DNA of 64,000 nt from Octopus vulgaris (lineage: Eukaryota), in assembly GCA_951406725.2 (NCBI GenBank), contig OX597816.1, forward strand, positions 157,356,001 to 157,420,000, read 5' to 3'. Numbering within the stretch: the first letter of the stretch is position 1; each line of letters begins with the position of its first letter. The notes under the pieces are model-generated. The model ran no database searches. It was not told the origin of the DNA and was given only the letters and a program-made list of their open reading frames with translations. Below are positions 51,400 to 64,000 of the stretch, in pieces. Position numbers and translations under genes: made by a program.

Positions 51400-53692
51400 A
51401 CTGAAAGAGGACTGTAAAAAAAAGAAGAACTAAAATCTCTCCAACGCTGGGAGAAAAGCGCCACTTGGTTCTCAGACTATGAAGCCGTCTTTCAAACAGA
51501 GCACGCCTCCAACAACCCTTTCAGAAAATAAGAAAACCCGAAGAAACAACACCCAAACACCGATACACACCTGTCTAAAAATCGGAACCTTCACTACCCC
51601 TATCAAAAAAAGAATACAGGACCTAACCCTAACTCTGTAAGCAGCCAGCGATACAATATCAGGAATACCCCCACTTCAAGCAGAGAAAGGATAAATCAAC
51701 ACCCACAGCATAGACACTGCAACCTCATCCCCACCCAAAGGAGTTACCAACGAAATCTTCGTCCCATTAACCGGTTAACCAACCATGCACAACAAACCCA
51801 CACCACTTGCAATGATTACCAACGAGCCTCCTAGAACACCACACCCGAATATGGGATATCGGGATGCTCTCCTCAATACTGCTCCAGAACACACACCATA
51901 AATCACAACAGGAGACCCTAATCAACAAAGAACAACTATATACTAGCTACCGTCCCAACCACCGCATTCATTTTTTAGACCCAATACGCAAACACAGAGA
52001 CACAAGATAGCACCAAACAAGCAGGAGGAACCAAAAAAGTAATAAAAATTATTAATCTAACTCACAAGGAACTAACAGCAAACCAAATAAACATACTTTC
52101 CAAAGGACTCAAGTTTACACCCACCCCACAACACCCCAACTACAATGAAATGAAAGAAGACATCGCAGAATTCTGCAGAAAATTAAGACTTACTGAGGAG
52201 CTATACGATAAATACAACGAGGACGAATCGTTAGCCAGAAATAGGGCCAACTACACCCCCTCGAAAGGTAAGAATAAAACACTTGATGATTTCTGTGACC
52301 ACATATCAAATTACCCATATCAACATATGCACAAACAAAAACACAAACCAAACTTCAGCAAAAAAGAATGGGCTGAGTTGAACAAGTTAAAACTAGATAA
52401 AACAATAACAATCAAAGAGGCCGATAAAGGGAGTGCTGTTGTCTTAATGGATACGACATTTTGCATAGCTTTGGTACTTTCTATGCTGGAAGACACAACA
52501 TACTATGAAAAGGCACAAAACTACAGTCAACAAAAAATAATGAGGGAACTAAAATCCATATTAAACCCATACAAAGCAGGGCTCACCGACAAAGAATATG
52601 ATTATATGACCAATTTCACAAGTAAAACTAGCCAATTCTACGGTATACCTAAGATCCACAAAAGTGAAAAAATAAGCAACGCATGCAAGATAGCTACAGA
52701 CAAAATAATTAAAGTCCCTAATCCTAATGACCTCAAATTGAGACCCATAATAGCAGGTCCACACATGCGAAACCCACCGCCTCAGTAACTTTTTAGACAC
52801 CCTGTTAAAACCACTCCTCAAACATGTCAAAAGCTATATAAGGGACGACTTAGATACGCTCAATCACCTACCGAATACTATAAACAAAAACACCATACTG
52901 GTATCCTTCGATGTAGTCAACCTCTACTCCAATATCCCCCACAACCTAGGACTAGAGGCAATCCAATTCTGGCTAGAGAATCACGCCAACGAACTACCAC
53001 ACCGCATCAAAAAAGAATTTGTGATAGAAGGGGTTAAATTCATCCTGGAAAATAACTTCTTGCATATCAATGCTAGTTCCTGTCTAGAATTTATTACATT
53101 ACATATGGATATCAAAATCCTGTAAGATTCTTGTAGGTCACATCTACTAGTTCCATGTTTGTTTGGTTTGGCAGTAGAAATTAACCCCCATTTAATCGTT
53201 TAGTCCTGGAAGCAAACTGGTAATCGATTTGGGATAATCCCTTACATATTACTAATATATATGTATGTGTATATATACATATGTAAGTGCAGGCGTCCGT
53301 GTGTGGTAAGAAGCTTGCTTCTTAACCACATGGTTCCAGTTTCAGTTACACAGCTTGGTATCTTGGACAAATGTTTTCTCCTATAGCCTCCGGCTGGCCA
53401 CGCCCTTGTAAATGGATTTGGTAGGCAGAAACTGACAGAAGCTAGTCGTATATGAGTATGTGTATCTGTGTGTGTCTCTATGTGTGTGTGTGTGCATGTC
53501 TGTGTTTGTACCCCCATCACCGCTTAACAACCGGTGCTGGTATGTTTTTGCCCTGGTAACATAGCAGTTCGGCAAAAAGAAACGGATAGAGTAAGTGACA
53601 GGCTTTAAAAAATAAATCATGGGGTCGATTTCTGCGACTAAATCCCTTCAAACATAGCGATAGTCAAATGACTGAGACATGTAAAAGAATAC

Positions 53693-53772
<80 letters not shown>

Positions 53773-54470
53773 ATATATATATATAAGGAACTCAGACATC
53801 CCAAATTAAACAAAAATCTACAACCAAAAGCCCCACCATACATGTCCACATACAACCCTCTCAACAATGAAGCCTTTGACACCATCCTCCAAAACATACC
53901 CCTGCTAAAAAAAGGACCACAGAATGAACTTAATCCTCCAAACACACACCATCATAAAAAGCAAGAGACAGCCCAAATCTATGAAAAGTCTCCTAACACA
54001 AGCCCGAATACGCTCAATAACACAGAAGCCATCAGTAAAAAATGTGGAAGACCCAATAGTGGGATATGCGATTATCTAATTTAGGGATCAGAGTTCTCTT
54101 TCAAACAGGGACAACGTTTCACAGTGGAAAGCAACTTCACATGTGCCTCGGAGAACCTGATATACACACTAACCTGCTCTGGGTGTCAAGAGCAATACAT
54201 AGGCCAAACAAAAATCAGTCTATGTAAAAGAATGGCCCTGCACAGATCCCAGATAAAAATTCCCCAAAATAGAAAAATAGCATTCAGCCAACACATAGAC
54301 ATTTGCGCCAATAACAAAAATCCAAGCTTTAGAATTTTTCCCCTCTACCAATTCAGGGACGATACAACCTAGAGCCAACGAATTAGTAAAGAGACTCTCT
54401 TTATTACAAAATACAGGCTCCTTCGGAACGCGTCTACGACAAACGACATATCCACCACGGTCTTAGAATA
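51400..54470 (+). mobile_element. Penelope-like retroelement, disrupted (RT 5' half plus GIY-YIG endonuclease)
   Basis: LSKGLKFTPTP, IKEADKGSAVV, FYGIPKIHK, LRPIIAG, LVSFDVVNLYSNIP. RT broken at about 53060. NLIYTLTCSGCQEQYIGQT..R..H at 54124-54372. Confidence 0.9.
53290..53690 (+). mobile_element. tRNA-derived SINE with internal (GT)n, inserted in the PLE
   Basis: gtgtggtaagaagcttgcttcttaaccacatggttccagtttcag head; body shared with 41349-41700. Confidence 0.75.
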
Positions 54471-54871
54471 ACACAAACACACACGCAAATATTAAAAATG
54501 ATACACTCAAGAGATTCTCAAGAATTCATTAAAAAACAGTCCCAATCACTGCTATAATCCATAACGAGCCAATTTTAAGTCATTTAAACATTTAACACCT
54601 TACTATTTTCACACTGCCTACATTCCTTCTTATTCTCCCTTCTCTTTCTTCTTCTTATTCTACTTCTTCTTCTTCTTTTTCTTCTTCCTTCTCCTTCCTA
54701 ACTTTATCACTAATGCTGTTTAGTATAACACCTACGCAAATTCTATAAACAAAACATTCAAAAGGAATATTTTCATGAATTGAACAGCAACTGCTACCAT
54801 CCATTGGGGGTCATTTTCGGGGCAGCGCAGCTGACCATTGAACATACTACTGTCATGGCACTCCCACATTT

Positions 54872-54960
54872 TTCTTCTTCTTCTTCTTCTTCTTCTTCTT
54901 CTTCTTCTTCTTCTTCTTCTTCTTCTTCTTCTTCTTCTTCTTCTTCTTTTTCTTCTTCTT
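54872..54960. repeat. (CTT)n microsatellite
   Basis: Direct inspection. Confidence 0.95.
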
Positions 54961-55379
54961 CTCCTCTTCCTGGTGTCGATAGAATCGACTTAATACTTTT
55001 GTTATCTCATGCTTTGTCCCCTCTGTGTTTTGCCTCTTGCTGCAACAAATTTACACAAAAGGTAAATAAACCAGAAGTGGGGGAGGGTCAATGTTTCATC
55101 GTTTCGGGGTCGATAGATTAAGTACCAATTACGCACTGGTGTCGAGGATTTTTTTCCCAATTTATATCACAGCTTCCGACAAGCTGGGGCATCCTTTTAT
55201 GAAAAAATATTTCGCAAATTTTTACAATACGACTCACACTCCACGCGCAAACTCTAGACCGCTTTAGGCATATTATTGTTTTGTTTTTGTTGTTTCTGGC
55301 CCTTCAAAACCATGGGAGAAGCCTTTTCGGTAAAAAAAATAAAGAAAATATTCAAAAAATATCGTTACATTCACTAGAG

Positions 55380-55890
55380 ATCATTCACTAAAAGAATTAA
55401 GGGCATGACTGATCTTGATTATTGAGATAACCTTAAAGCATTAAAACTCTATTCTCTCTAGAGCCACTGTAAGCGATACATCATTTGCACGATGTGGAGA
55501 ATATACCGCCAGCATTACCCAAACGACTTCAACATTAGTTTCAAAAATTCATCCAAGGCTAGGACCATAGGCCATACGTCTGCTACCCAATTCAGGATCA
55601 CAACACATAAATACACTGCAACACAATTTCTTTTCCTCAAAAGGCCCTGCCCTATTTAACATTGTCCCGAAATAGATCAAAGAGAAAAAAGATTCCATCA
55701 CCTTTAAACGGGATCTGAACAAATGTTTTCAAGGAATACCAGATAAGCCACCAATACCTGGATACAACTCACTTAAATGGACCACGATATCACAAAACTT
55801 GACTTAAAAAGGATTTAGCTAATTCTGTCAGGTGGTGCTATTAAGGTAGACATGACCTGGACCAATCTTTGGTCGAAACATATCTAAGTT
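55380..55890 (+). mobile_element. 3' fragment of a second CR1-like family
   Basis: LKALKLYSL..RYII, GPALFNIVP, IPDKPPIPGY; 3' end shared with 18124-18197. Confidence 0.75.
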
Positions 55891-56732
55891 ATATTACATG
55901 TAGCCATGCATACACATATACATACATATATATATATATATATATACACATATGTGTATACATATGAAGACACACACGCACACACGTGTAGGCACGCGCA
56001 CACACGCACACGCACGCACACACACGCGCACACACACGCGCACACACATGCTCGCACACACATACTTAGATAATGTTTCTAATGATTTTAAGATCAATAT
56101 CAGAGGAAACATGTTTGTCAATGAAGAAAATGAAGATTTACATAGCACTGTTATTTGATGTTTTTATTGAAAGCAATTAAAACATGGAACTCCGGAGAGA
56201 TGTAGGAAATATCAACACATTCAGTGGTTTGTGACGATAAAATATATGTTAATGAATTGAAATTCAAAACTATTGCTTTTGTAGAGATTTATGAAAGTTA
56301 ACAATTTATATCAGAATAAGCTTGGAATTAATGCACAAGCCTGTATTTCAACCTCTTATCCAAAAATTACTCGGAATTGTTAAAACCTCAGATTAAAACG
56401 ATTTGTCTGTTTAAAATTGTTCTAAGCTTCTAGAAAATTGGATATGATACGCTAATGTACATCTTGCTCTGTTCTTTGAACTTGTTAGCAAATTATGGCA
56501 AGCATTATGAAAATAAGGTGAACTTTCCCACCAAGACATATGCAAGAATAATATTAAGGCTAGTATAACATTAATATAGTGATTGACTATATCTGGTGTA
56601 AGTATGGACATTAAAAATCAAATATTTTCTCTTCTTAATCCGATTTAAACATATCTATTTAAAATATATGAGTCAAGACGAAAGCATTAGATTTAGAAAC
56701 AGAAATGAAATAGAAAAAAATTTTAAACTTAC

Positions 56733-57062
56733 CTAAATCTGGACATTTATTTTTCGTGATGCTGATATGATCAAGTAGAACTGAACAAGGTGAAAATCCG
56801 TAAAACATAGTGTACACATAGTCTTTCAGGAAAATAAGTTTGGTAGGCGTCGCTTTGTCAATATATACTTGATATATATGCCATGGGGTTGTACCATGAC
56901 TCACCACACTCAAAAGTGATTCCTTGTTCAATGCATTATAAATGGTCAGGTTACATCTACCGAGTATCTTGTATCTAATTTGCACACAACTATTGTTAAT
57001 GTTTTCACGCGGTGATGCCAAACCAGCAGTACCGTATGAAGAAGGAGATTGCATGTACACAT
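56733..57062 (-). CDS. Host gene exon (most 5' exon found): C-terminal half of a MAM domain
   Basis: Acceptor tttcttctctag, donor gtaag, phase 1-1, 330 nt. Reads VYMQSPSSYGTAGLASP..SCVQIRY..W..VLLDHISITKNKCPDL, matching the MAM pattern (L.SP..C..F.Y..W..LD.I.I..G.C). Confidence 0.85.
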
Positions 57063-59039
57063 CTAGAGAAGAAATTTGAAAATATATTTATTTTGAAAGG
57101 AAATTATATTTAGTGTTACAAAATACATCTCATAATATAAAATAATATTTTCATAAAAATATGTAACCATTAATTTCATCCTCATCAACTAATTACAGTA
57201 ACCTATTTGGATTGTGTAAATGAAATCGTCATTCAATAAGGCAACCCTTGGAAACATTAAATTCATTGTGACTGTTTATAGTTTGGTATATTCGCTTATT
57301 TGAGAGTTTAGTATTTTAGCCTTCAGCACAAGACTGTCTAGCATGACAATTATGTTAATGATATAGATTAGACAGAAGTTACTAATCTACTTCTATATTC
57401 ACTAGTTGAATGAGGACCAATCAACTCAATCAAATTTCTCTTTTCTATCTATTCTTTACGTGATATCGAATTATAGGTAACAGAGTCAAGTTATAGACAC
57501 GGTACATTGAGTGTGATAAATACCAACTAAAATCACTGATTGTTAAAATGATGTCTCACTGTCTAGGTCAACTCCTAACCCCAGCTAATTTGCAAGCAAA
57601 AAATTAAAGAAAACATTAAGAAAAGAGAAGAAATATTTAGCATAAGAAGTAGGTCTTGCCACTAAATTTGCAAATATGTTTGACTGTCCATATTTGTCTG
57701 TAAAGATGCATTTCTACTACGCTCATCTGTATTTCTGTTTGTTGTTTCTAAGCAAATGTAACAGAAGTTGTCAGTGAAACTAATATCCTTCACAAAATCC
57801 TGACTTTGTTTTTTTTTATGTGCATACTGTGCCAAGACTATCTAGTATGGCAATAATATTGATGGTAAAGATTAGATGAAGTTATTCAACAACAAAGCAT
57901 GTCTTTGGTTTATTTTTTTATCTACCAAAAGCCTTTCAGGGCTTTATGTAAGATTTATACATTTGAATTTATAGGAAAAGGGTATCAGTTGACAAACATA
58001 CATTTACGGAAAATAACCGAATTTTCATGCAATTTAAAATACAAAATATTTATTTACCATTTATTGATCCGCTTTCATTTCCTGATGGTACTCTTTCCCA
58101 ATTTTGGTACGTAAAATTCTGATACTGGCATATCATTGGGTTTGAGAAGTCACAGGAAATGCTTCTGTCTTTAATGAGAAAGAGTAAAAAAGACAACCTT
58201 TCTTAGCTCAATGTTAAGATATTAACCGTAATAATGCATAACTCATTTTTACACAACACTTAAACACAAGCAGCGATAAGTAGCGTAAAAGAATAGTATT
58301 GATTTGAAGTGAGTACTTTTTTCGTTGTGTAATATTAACTTTAAAGGAAAGTAGACTAAAACAAAATTATTAATCGATTCATTTATCAATCAATTCATAT
58401 AAGAAAAAACTGAGAAGTATAAAAAACAGAAAAGCTACTTTTTTTATGAATGATAAACTGATGCAAGTCACCGATCAATTTTTTTAGTTGGTTTGGGTCT
58501 CAGACAGGCAGAGGAACATGTATGGAAGTATAACCGTTACTTCAGCATGTCCCCACTCCAGAAATGAATATCAATTGGCTAGTGACAACTCCCCCATTTG
58601 ATGGAGAGGACAAAACAGGAGTAGTACCAACGGCAGCATGAGGCCGCAACATCAACACCAAAACTAACAGCAAATTAAGCAGTAGTAGCACAACAGCGAT
58701 TGAAAAAATTTCCACCCCCTAAATATTCACCACATCACCACCAACAGCAACTAAAAGCTTCCAATCAACAACAGAAGAAAAGGCAATGACTTCCTAAAAT
58801 ATGCAGCTCCCCACTTGCAACCACTCAGACTTGCCATAGGACGACGGTGATGGGGAAGAAGGCAAATAAAACCCACTGCCATAAACACGAACTACAAAGC
58901 AATAATAGAACGTACTTCAATACACAGATGTTACTCACATGATGTGATCTGGGGACACCTTAGAAGCAGGTCCGCCTACTAAATGATACCAGGTCACTAG
59001 AGATAAATATGGGGCCATTAGCGAGATAAGAGTTTCCTG

Positions 59040-60330
59040 TCCACTAGCACTAGCATCCATTTTCGGTGAGAATGCTATCTATTTATCTCCAAATTAACTG
59101 TAACTGGAAAGAGGATGTGCTGTGTTGTTTCGAAAAGGTGCAGATTTCAGGATACGGGCTATCTTTTTAGATCCAGCAGTTAAGCTGGTGGTAGTGGGCG
59201 TGACTGGTAGGGGAGGCCATACCTTCAGACGCGCAGTTGTCTATGACTCATCAGAGATTTGGTGACCAGATTTCTTTAGGTGTCTGAATTCAGAATTCAA
59301 AATCATTGGTTACACAGACCACACCTTTGTGATCCGTACAGGCGACCTATATAGGCAGCGACCCGTTACTGGATGCGTCACGAACTTCTACTTACTATTT
59401 ATGGGACGTTTTTTTACTGGTCGGTTTCTCCATTTACTTAGTGAAGGACTGGAGAAGCCGTCGCTGATGATGCACAGATATTCCCGTAGCCTGAGAAATC
59501 TTGAGCGAATACTTGATGGTGAATAGATATGAATTCTGAATTTAGACGCCTAAAAAAAATCTGGTCACCAAATCTCTAATGAGCCATAGCCAACAGGCAA
59601 ACCATTTTTCAGAGGGGTTTTTCAACAGCTCGTCTCTTTGACAAAGGAACAATCTTGGTCAAGCAAAAACCAAGGCATGGTAGTTGGCAGTGGGGTTAGT
59701 TCAAGTTCAACCATAACGTTTTATGGGAGGTTTGCAATGGGAAAGCGAGACGGCGTTCTCTAGCAGACTCTGGGCTTCGACGAAATCAATTGGCTTGTCT
59801 ATTCCGAAGGAATTCCTGGGACCCATGGATAACTCGCAGAAATTCTTACCTACCAGTGCTACCGGAGAAGGGAAGCATTACTGGTTCGAGATAAACACTC
59901 GAGGCACGGAAATGTTGTCAGCCAAGCCTGCACGTGGTACACACAGAGCAACAAAACTATTCTGTATGCACTCGTCCGCTGCCCGAGTATAGCTAACTTG
60001 TGGAGTTGTGGAACAACTGCTGTTGGGTGTAGGACGGATCCAACTAATAAATGAGTGCATTCTGAAGATCGTCTTGGCTCCTTCCTTTGGTCAGGACGGA
60101 CAGGCAGTATTTATCTCTCTGATGACCTTCACGAAAGAGGTTGTGTGGCGGTCTAGATTGAAAGTGCTAATCTCAAACATATTCCATTCTGAACAAGCCC
60201 TTATCAACTTTCCAAGTTTCCTCTGAAGAGAAAATAAGGGTTGAGAGAGACATGTTGGCTCCGGAAAAATTTGTTAAAGGGTTAATATGGGCGGTGATAT
60301 GATCAAAGTGAACAGTCCGACTCTGTAGAT
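59040..60330 (+). mobile_element. Highly decayed Tx1-like LINE pieces (APE and C-terminus)
   Basis: RGCAVLFRKG, IFLDPAVKLVVV, GYTDH, FTKEVVWRSRLK (compare AKEVIWKTRMK in 548-1594). Confidence 0.65.
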
Positions 60331-60621
60331 TTAGGGAAGGCTAGCTGGTAAGGCACTTGCCTTAATGATCAGGGTGACTGTGATTTTGGAGTTTTTCCAC
60401 GAGTAGCCCTCAGAAATTTCCCTCTTTTGAGGAATTATTGTTGGAATTTATTGTTGCTAGTATTCGTCTTTTTAAACACTCTTTCAAGCAATTCCACAAG
60501 GTCCTCAAAACTTTTGTAAAACCTCGGTGATTCATAATGAGAATGTTATCTTTAAGGCAGCAAGACCCCTCTCTCAAAGTTTCAGGCTTTGCAACTATTG
60601 TAGAAAAGATTATTATTGTTG

Positions 60622-60835
60622 TTAAGGTGGCGTGCTGGAAGAATCGTTAACACGCCAGGCAAAATGCTTAGCACTATTTCTATCAGCTTTACATTCTGAG
60701 TTCAAATTCCGCTGAGGTCGACCTCACTTTTCATCCTTTCAGGGTTGATAAAGTAAGTACCAGTTGAACCCTGTGTCATGTAATCGACTCATCCTCTCCC
60801 CAAAAATTGTTGCACTTGTGACAAAATTTGAAACC
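60622..60835 (+). mobile_element. tRNA-derived SINE (10045/47612 family)
   Basis: ttaaggtggcgtgctggaagaatcgtt..gagttcaaattcc. Confidence 0.8.
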
Positions 60836-60861
60836 ATTATTATTGTTGTTGTTGTTGTTAT

Positions 60862-61395
60862 GTGATGAAAACTCAGTGTATTTTGCTGGGTATGATGGAA
60901 AGTGTCAGCTGTCCACAGCCAGCAAACTAAGGTGACACTTATTTACTGGTCATGCTTCAAGAACTTTGAGAAGAATTCTTGCAGTTCCAAGCAATGTTGA
61001 TTTGTGTAGGTATTCTACCTTCAATCTTTTTCAGCCATGCTAATAGTTGAGTTCCGATACCTCAAAGTGTGCCAATTACTATTAGTATCACGTATGCCCT
61101 CTACATTGACCTCAACCTTTGTATTACCCACTTCAAATTGCCATAGTTGCTTATTCTTTCTTCTTTCTCATTGATCCTGCTGTCAGAGGGTCATGCAATG
61201 TCGATTATCATGCATGTTGTTTCTTTTGTTTTCACTACAGCAATGTACAGCTAGGGTCAGGTGATCGCACTGGATCATTGCATCTGACAGAATTTTTCAA
61301 ATCTCATTCTTGGTTATTCCTTGTGAGTTGCTCATACGATGACTTTGATCTTTGTATCGATGATTTCCATAGATCTCTCAATGGATCAGCATTAT
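60862..61395 (-). mobile_element. R4/Dong-like RLE 3' fragment with (AAC/AAT)n tail
   Basis: LHKSTLLGTARILLKVL C-terminal motif. Confidence 0.65.
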
Positions 61396-61397
61396 AA

Positions 61398-63640
61398 CCG
61401 CTGAAATTCGTGAGGTGGTGAACGATTGCACATGTCGCAGATCACCCGGTTCAGATGGTCTGCCAAATGAATTCTATGTATTCATGCCAGATTTGTTGAC
61501 GACCTCTTGGTAGACGTCTACCACAACTGACAACAGAACGGGAGAATTTCTAGTGCTTTTAGTAGAGGTGTGATGACACTACTGACGAAGGACACCAACA
61601 ATGGGGACGCACTAGGGAATTTTTGGCCCATAACTCTGCTAAACTTAGAATTTAAGATTTTGATCAAGGTGTCACCGAAAAAGACTGGCGCTTGTCGGTA
61701 GTCTAGTCAGAGAAGCGCAAACATGCGCAATCCCGAGCATAGAGAGGTCTGAAACCGAAGCTGGCATCGGAGGTGCTCTGATCAATTTGCATCAATCAAA
61801 AGCATTCGATAGAATTGACCATCGCTACTTGGAAACCGTCCTGAAGGCAAGCGGTTTCGAACCTGTCTTCAGAAGCTGGGTCGCTGCAATGCACAGGGAC
61901 TCCAGTTAAGTGGTCAAAGTAAATAGTCATCTATCGGAGCCTTTTGGCATCGCACGCTCGCTCCGTCAGGCCTGCCCTTTGTCATCTCTTATGTACGTAT
62001 TGGCACTCGAGTAACTGCTCCAGATGTTGGAACAACTAGGGGCCATCCATCTCCAACTGGAATAAGGAAGGGCAGTATCGGCATGCGCGAGCGACTTCAC
62101 CGTCATGGTGTCGGACACCTACAAATTGAAAACGGTCGGCACCATACTAAAGGAATATGAGTCGGTTGCAGGGGCTAAAATCAACGCCTACTAATCGGAT
62201 GCCATTGGACAGCGTCGACAGACACTGAACCGACGAACTAGTTAAACTGCTCGGGGTCTGATTTGGTCCTGACCACCAGATCGACAAGAACTGGAACGCG
62301 GTGGCGAATAGGGTGGCCAGTCTTACCCAGAAATGGATTGAGAGAAAGCCGTCTCTGAAAGGTCGAGCAGAAGTGGCGAATGCCTATATCGCATGACCGT
62401 CGTGCTTGCAAGTTACTGCTTGACCAGGTTGGAGCGTCTCTTATTTAAATTCTTGTGGAAAGACGCGTTTCAATGGGAAGGCGGTCAGTCTGTTGCCAGT
62501 ATCCTTTCAGTGGTGGATTAGGTATGCCGTGGCTCCTAATGCGCAGACTCCTCTTATGTTACGTCACCTGCAGCAAATTTATGGACGGTGAGCGTGTGTG
62601 GGCTCCATTAATGATGCTCGTCTTTCTGCAGCTCATCTCCTTGACGGAGCTGCAATCCTGGGTGAAAGAAAGACTGAGATGGGCGCCTGGCACCTAGAAT
62701 GTCATCAGGCACTCACAATCCTCTCCCAGTTGGGCAATGGGATTGGTGGATGTTCCTCTTTAGAAAATTAAAGAGGATTAGTAGTGGGAAAGCACGACGC
62801 CGTTCTCGCGGAGATTCTAGGCCCCGACGAAAATGAACTTGCTTGTCTATTCCGAAGGACTTTCTGGTCAGAAACTATCATAGATAATTTCCCGATGTCT
62901 TTCACCTGGCAGTACTACCAGGGGTGCTACTCGTTCGAGATAGACTGTATGACATGGATGTGCTATCAGGTGCACGCAGTGTGACGAAACCCTTCTGTCC
63001 GCACTCGTTCAGTGCCCGGGCATTAGTGACTTGTGGGATTATGTCTGTCGGCCAAGTCTGTAGTGATGATTTCCCCGCTGATCTCCTTCAATCGGGCAGG
63101 CAAGCTAGTTTTCTTTCGCCTGGTGGCTGTAGCGAAAGAGGTTGTTTGGTGGACAAGGCTGAAAGGCATGGAGACAGATACAATCCTCTTCGGTACAGCT
63201 CTTTATTGACGTCTTCAAGTTTCACTTGAAAAGGAATTTGAAAGTGGAGGGGTAAGTGCTGTCCTCAAGTGAATTTATTGAAAGGTGGCTAAAAGTTGCG
63301 AAAATAGTGAGAGTGGGTGGTACATCTCCCAGTGCAGTCAGTGAGAAAGAATTGGAGAGGACACTTACTTTTGGTGTTCAAGGAAATCTCAGAGAGTGGA
63401 GTTTCTCGATTATCCCTAGAGGGCCTCCTGTATTAGGAGGGCTACATCTCTGTCGTCCTCCACCCCACCTTTTCTTTTAAACTTAGTATACTATGTATAT
63501 GACACATTTTTTTTCAGTGTATACCGTGTATAATGACATTTTTCGTTTTTTTCTTTTATCATTTCATTATATGTAAAGCCTCACACTTTATGTCTATCTT
63601 TGTGTTATCTCCACCATCCTTCGACCTTGTGGTAAATGTA
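61398..63640 (+). mobile_element. Decayed Tx1-like LINE ORF2 related to the 1-1836 copy
   Basis: SPGSDGLPNEFY, NFWPITLLN, QSKAFDRIDH, RQACPLS, GGLGMPWLLMR. Confidence 0.85.
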
Positions 63641-63664
63641 ATTATCATTATTATTATTCAGTAG

Positions 63665-64000
63665 TTTTATTTTTATATCGTGCTTTCACTTCATTACCGA
63701 GCGCAACTCTGTGTGCCTTGGGTATGTACTGTGATTTGTTGTGATGCTCTGATGGTTATTGTATTGAAAGTGTTCTGCGTAGGATGTGTGCAGTGCCTAG
63801 TAGTGCAATTTTCTGTATATTATGTGTGTAAGTCCTGGTGTTTTGGTTATGTATTTGTCTGAATATTTTTTATTATGCCTAATGCACCTACTATGATAGG
63901 AATTGTTTCTGTTTTTAGATTCCACATTCTAGTTACCTCTATTTCCAGGTCTTTGTATTTTGAAAGTTTCTCCATTTCTTTTAGAGACACGTTGTCATCT
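63665..64000 (-). mobile_element. R4/Dong-like element 3' end
   Basis: IQKIALLGTAHILRRTLSIQ* followed by 3' UTR and an AAT-rich tail. Confidence 0.75.

Noticed and set aside
57063-64000. Upstream exon for the first half of the MAM domain
   Set aside because: No segment with CxFE/DH motifs and proper splice sites was found; it probably lies outside the window.

Overview
AT-rich, microsatellite-dense eukaryotic genomic DNA, most likely an octopus (inferred from the SINE families and repeat landscape). The only host gene is a minus-strand multi-exon gene. I could trace 14 GT-AG exons (57062 down to 8183, 2190 nt) that splice in one open frame with compatible intron phases. They encode a partial mosaic protein MAM-LDLa-MAM-LDLa-SRCR-LDLa-LDLa-SRCR-trypsin-like domain whose catalytic His and Asp are replaced (a pseudoprotease); the 5' and 3' ends were not found in the window. 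The introns are filled with decayed retroelements (Tx1/L1-like, CR1-like, RTE, R4/Dong, Hero-like RLE, Penelope-like), tRNA-derived SINEs, mariner/Tc1 remnants and non-autonomous Helitrons. At RNA level there are several Penelope-type hammerhead ribozyme motifs (two intact, others variant or decayed). There is also a hammerhead-like motif with unusual, pseudoknot-like strand order in the 3' UTR of the Hero-like element. Most short ORFs in the supplied track are microsatellite or antisense artefacts.
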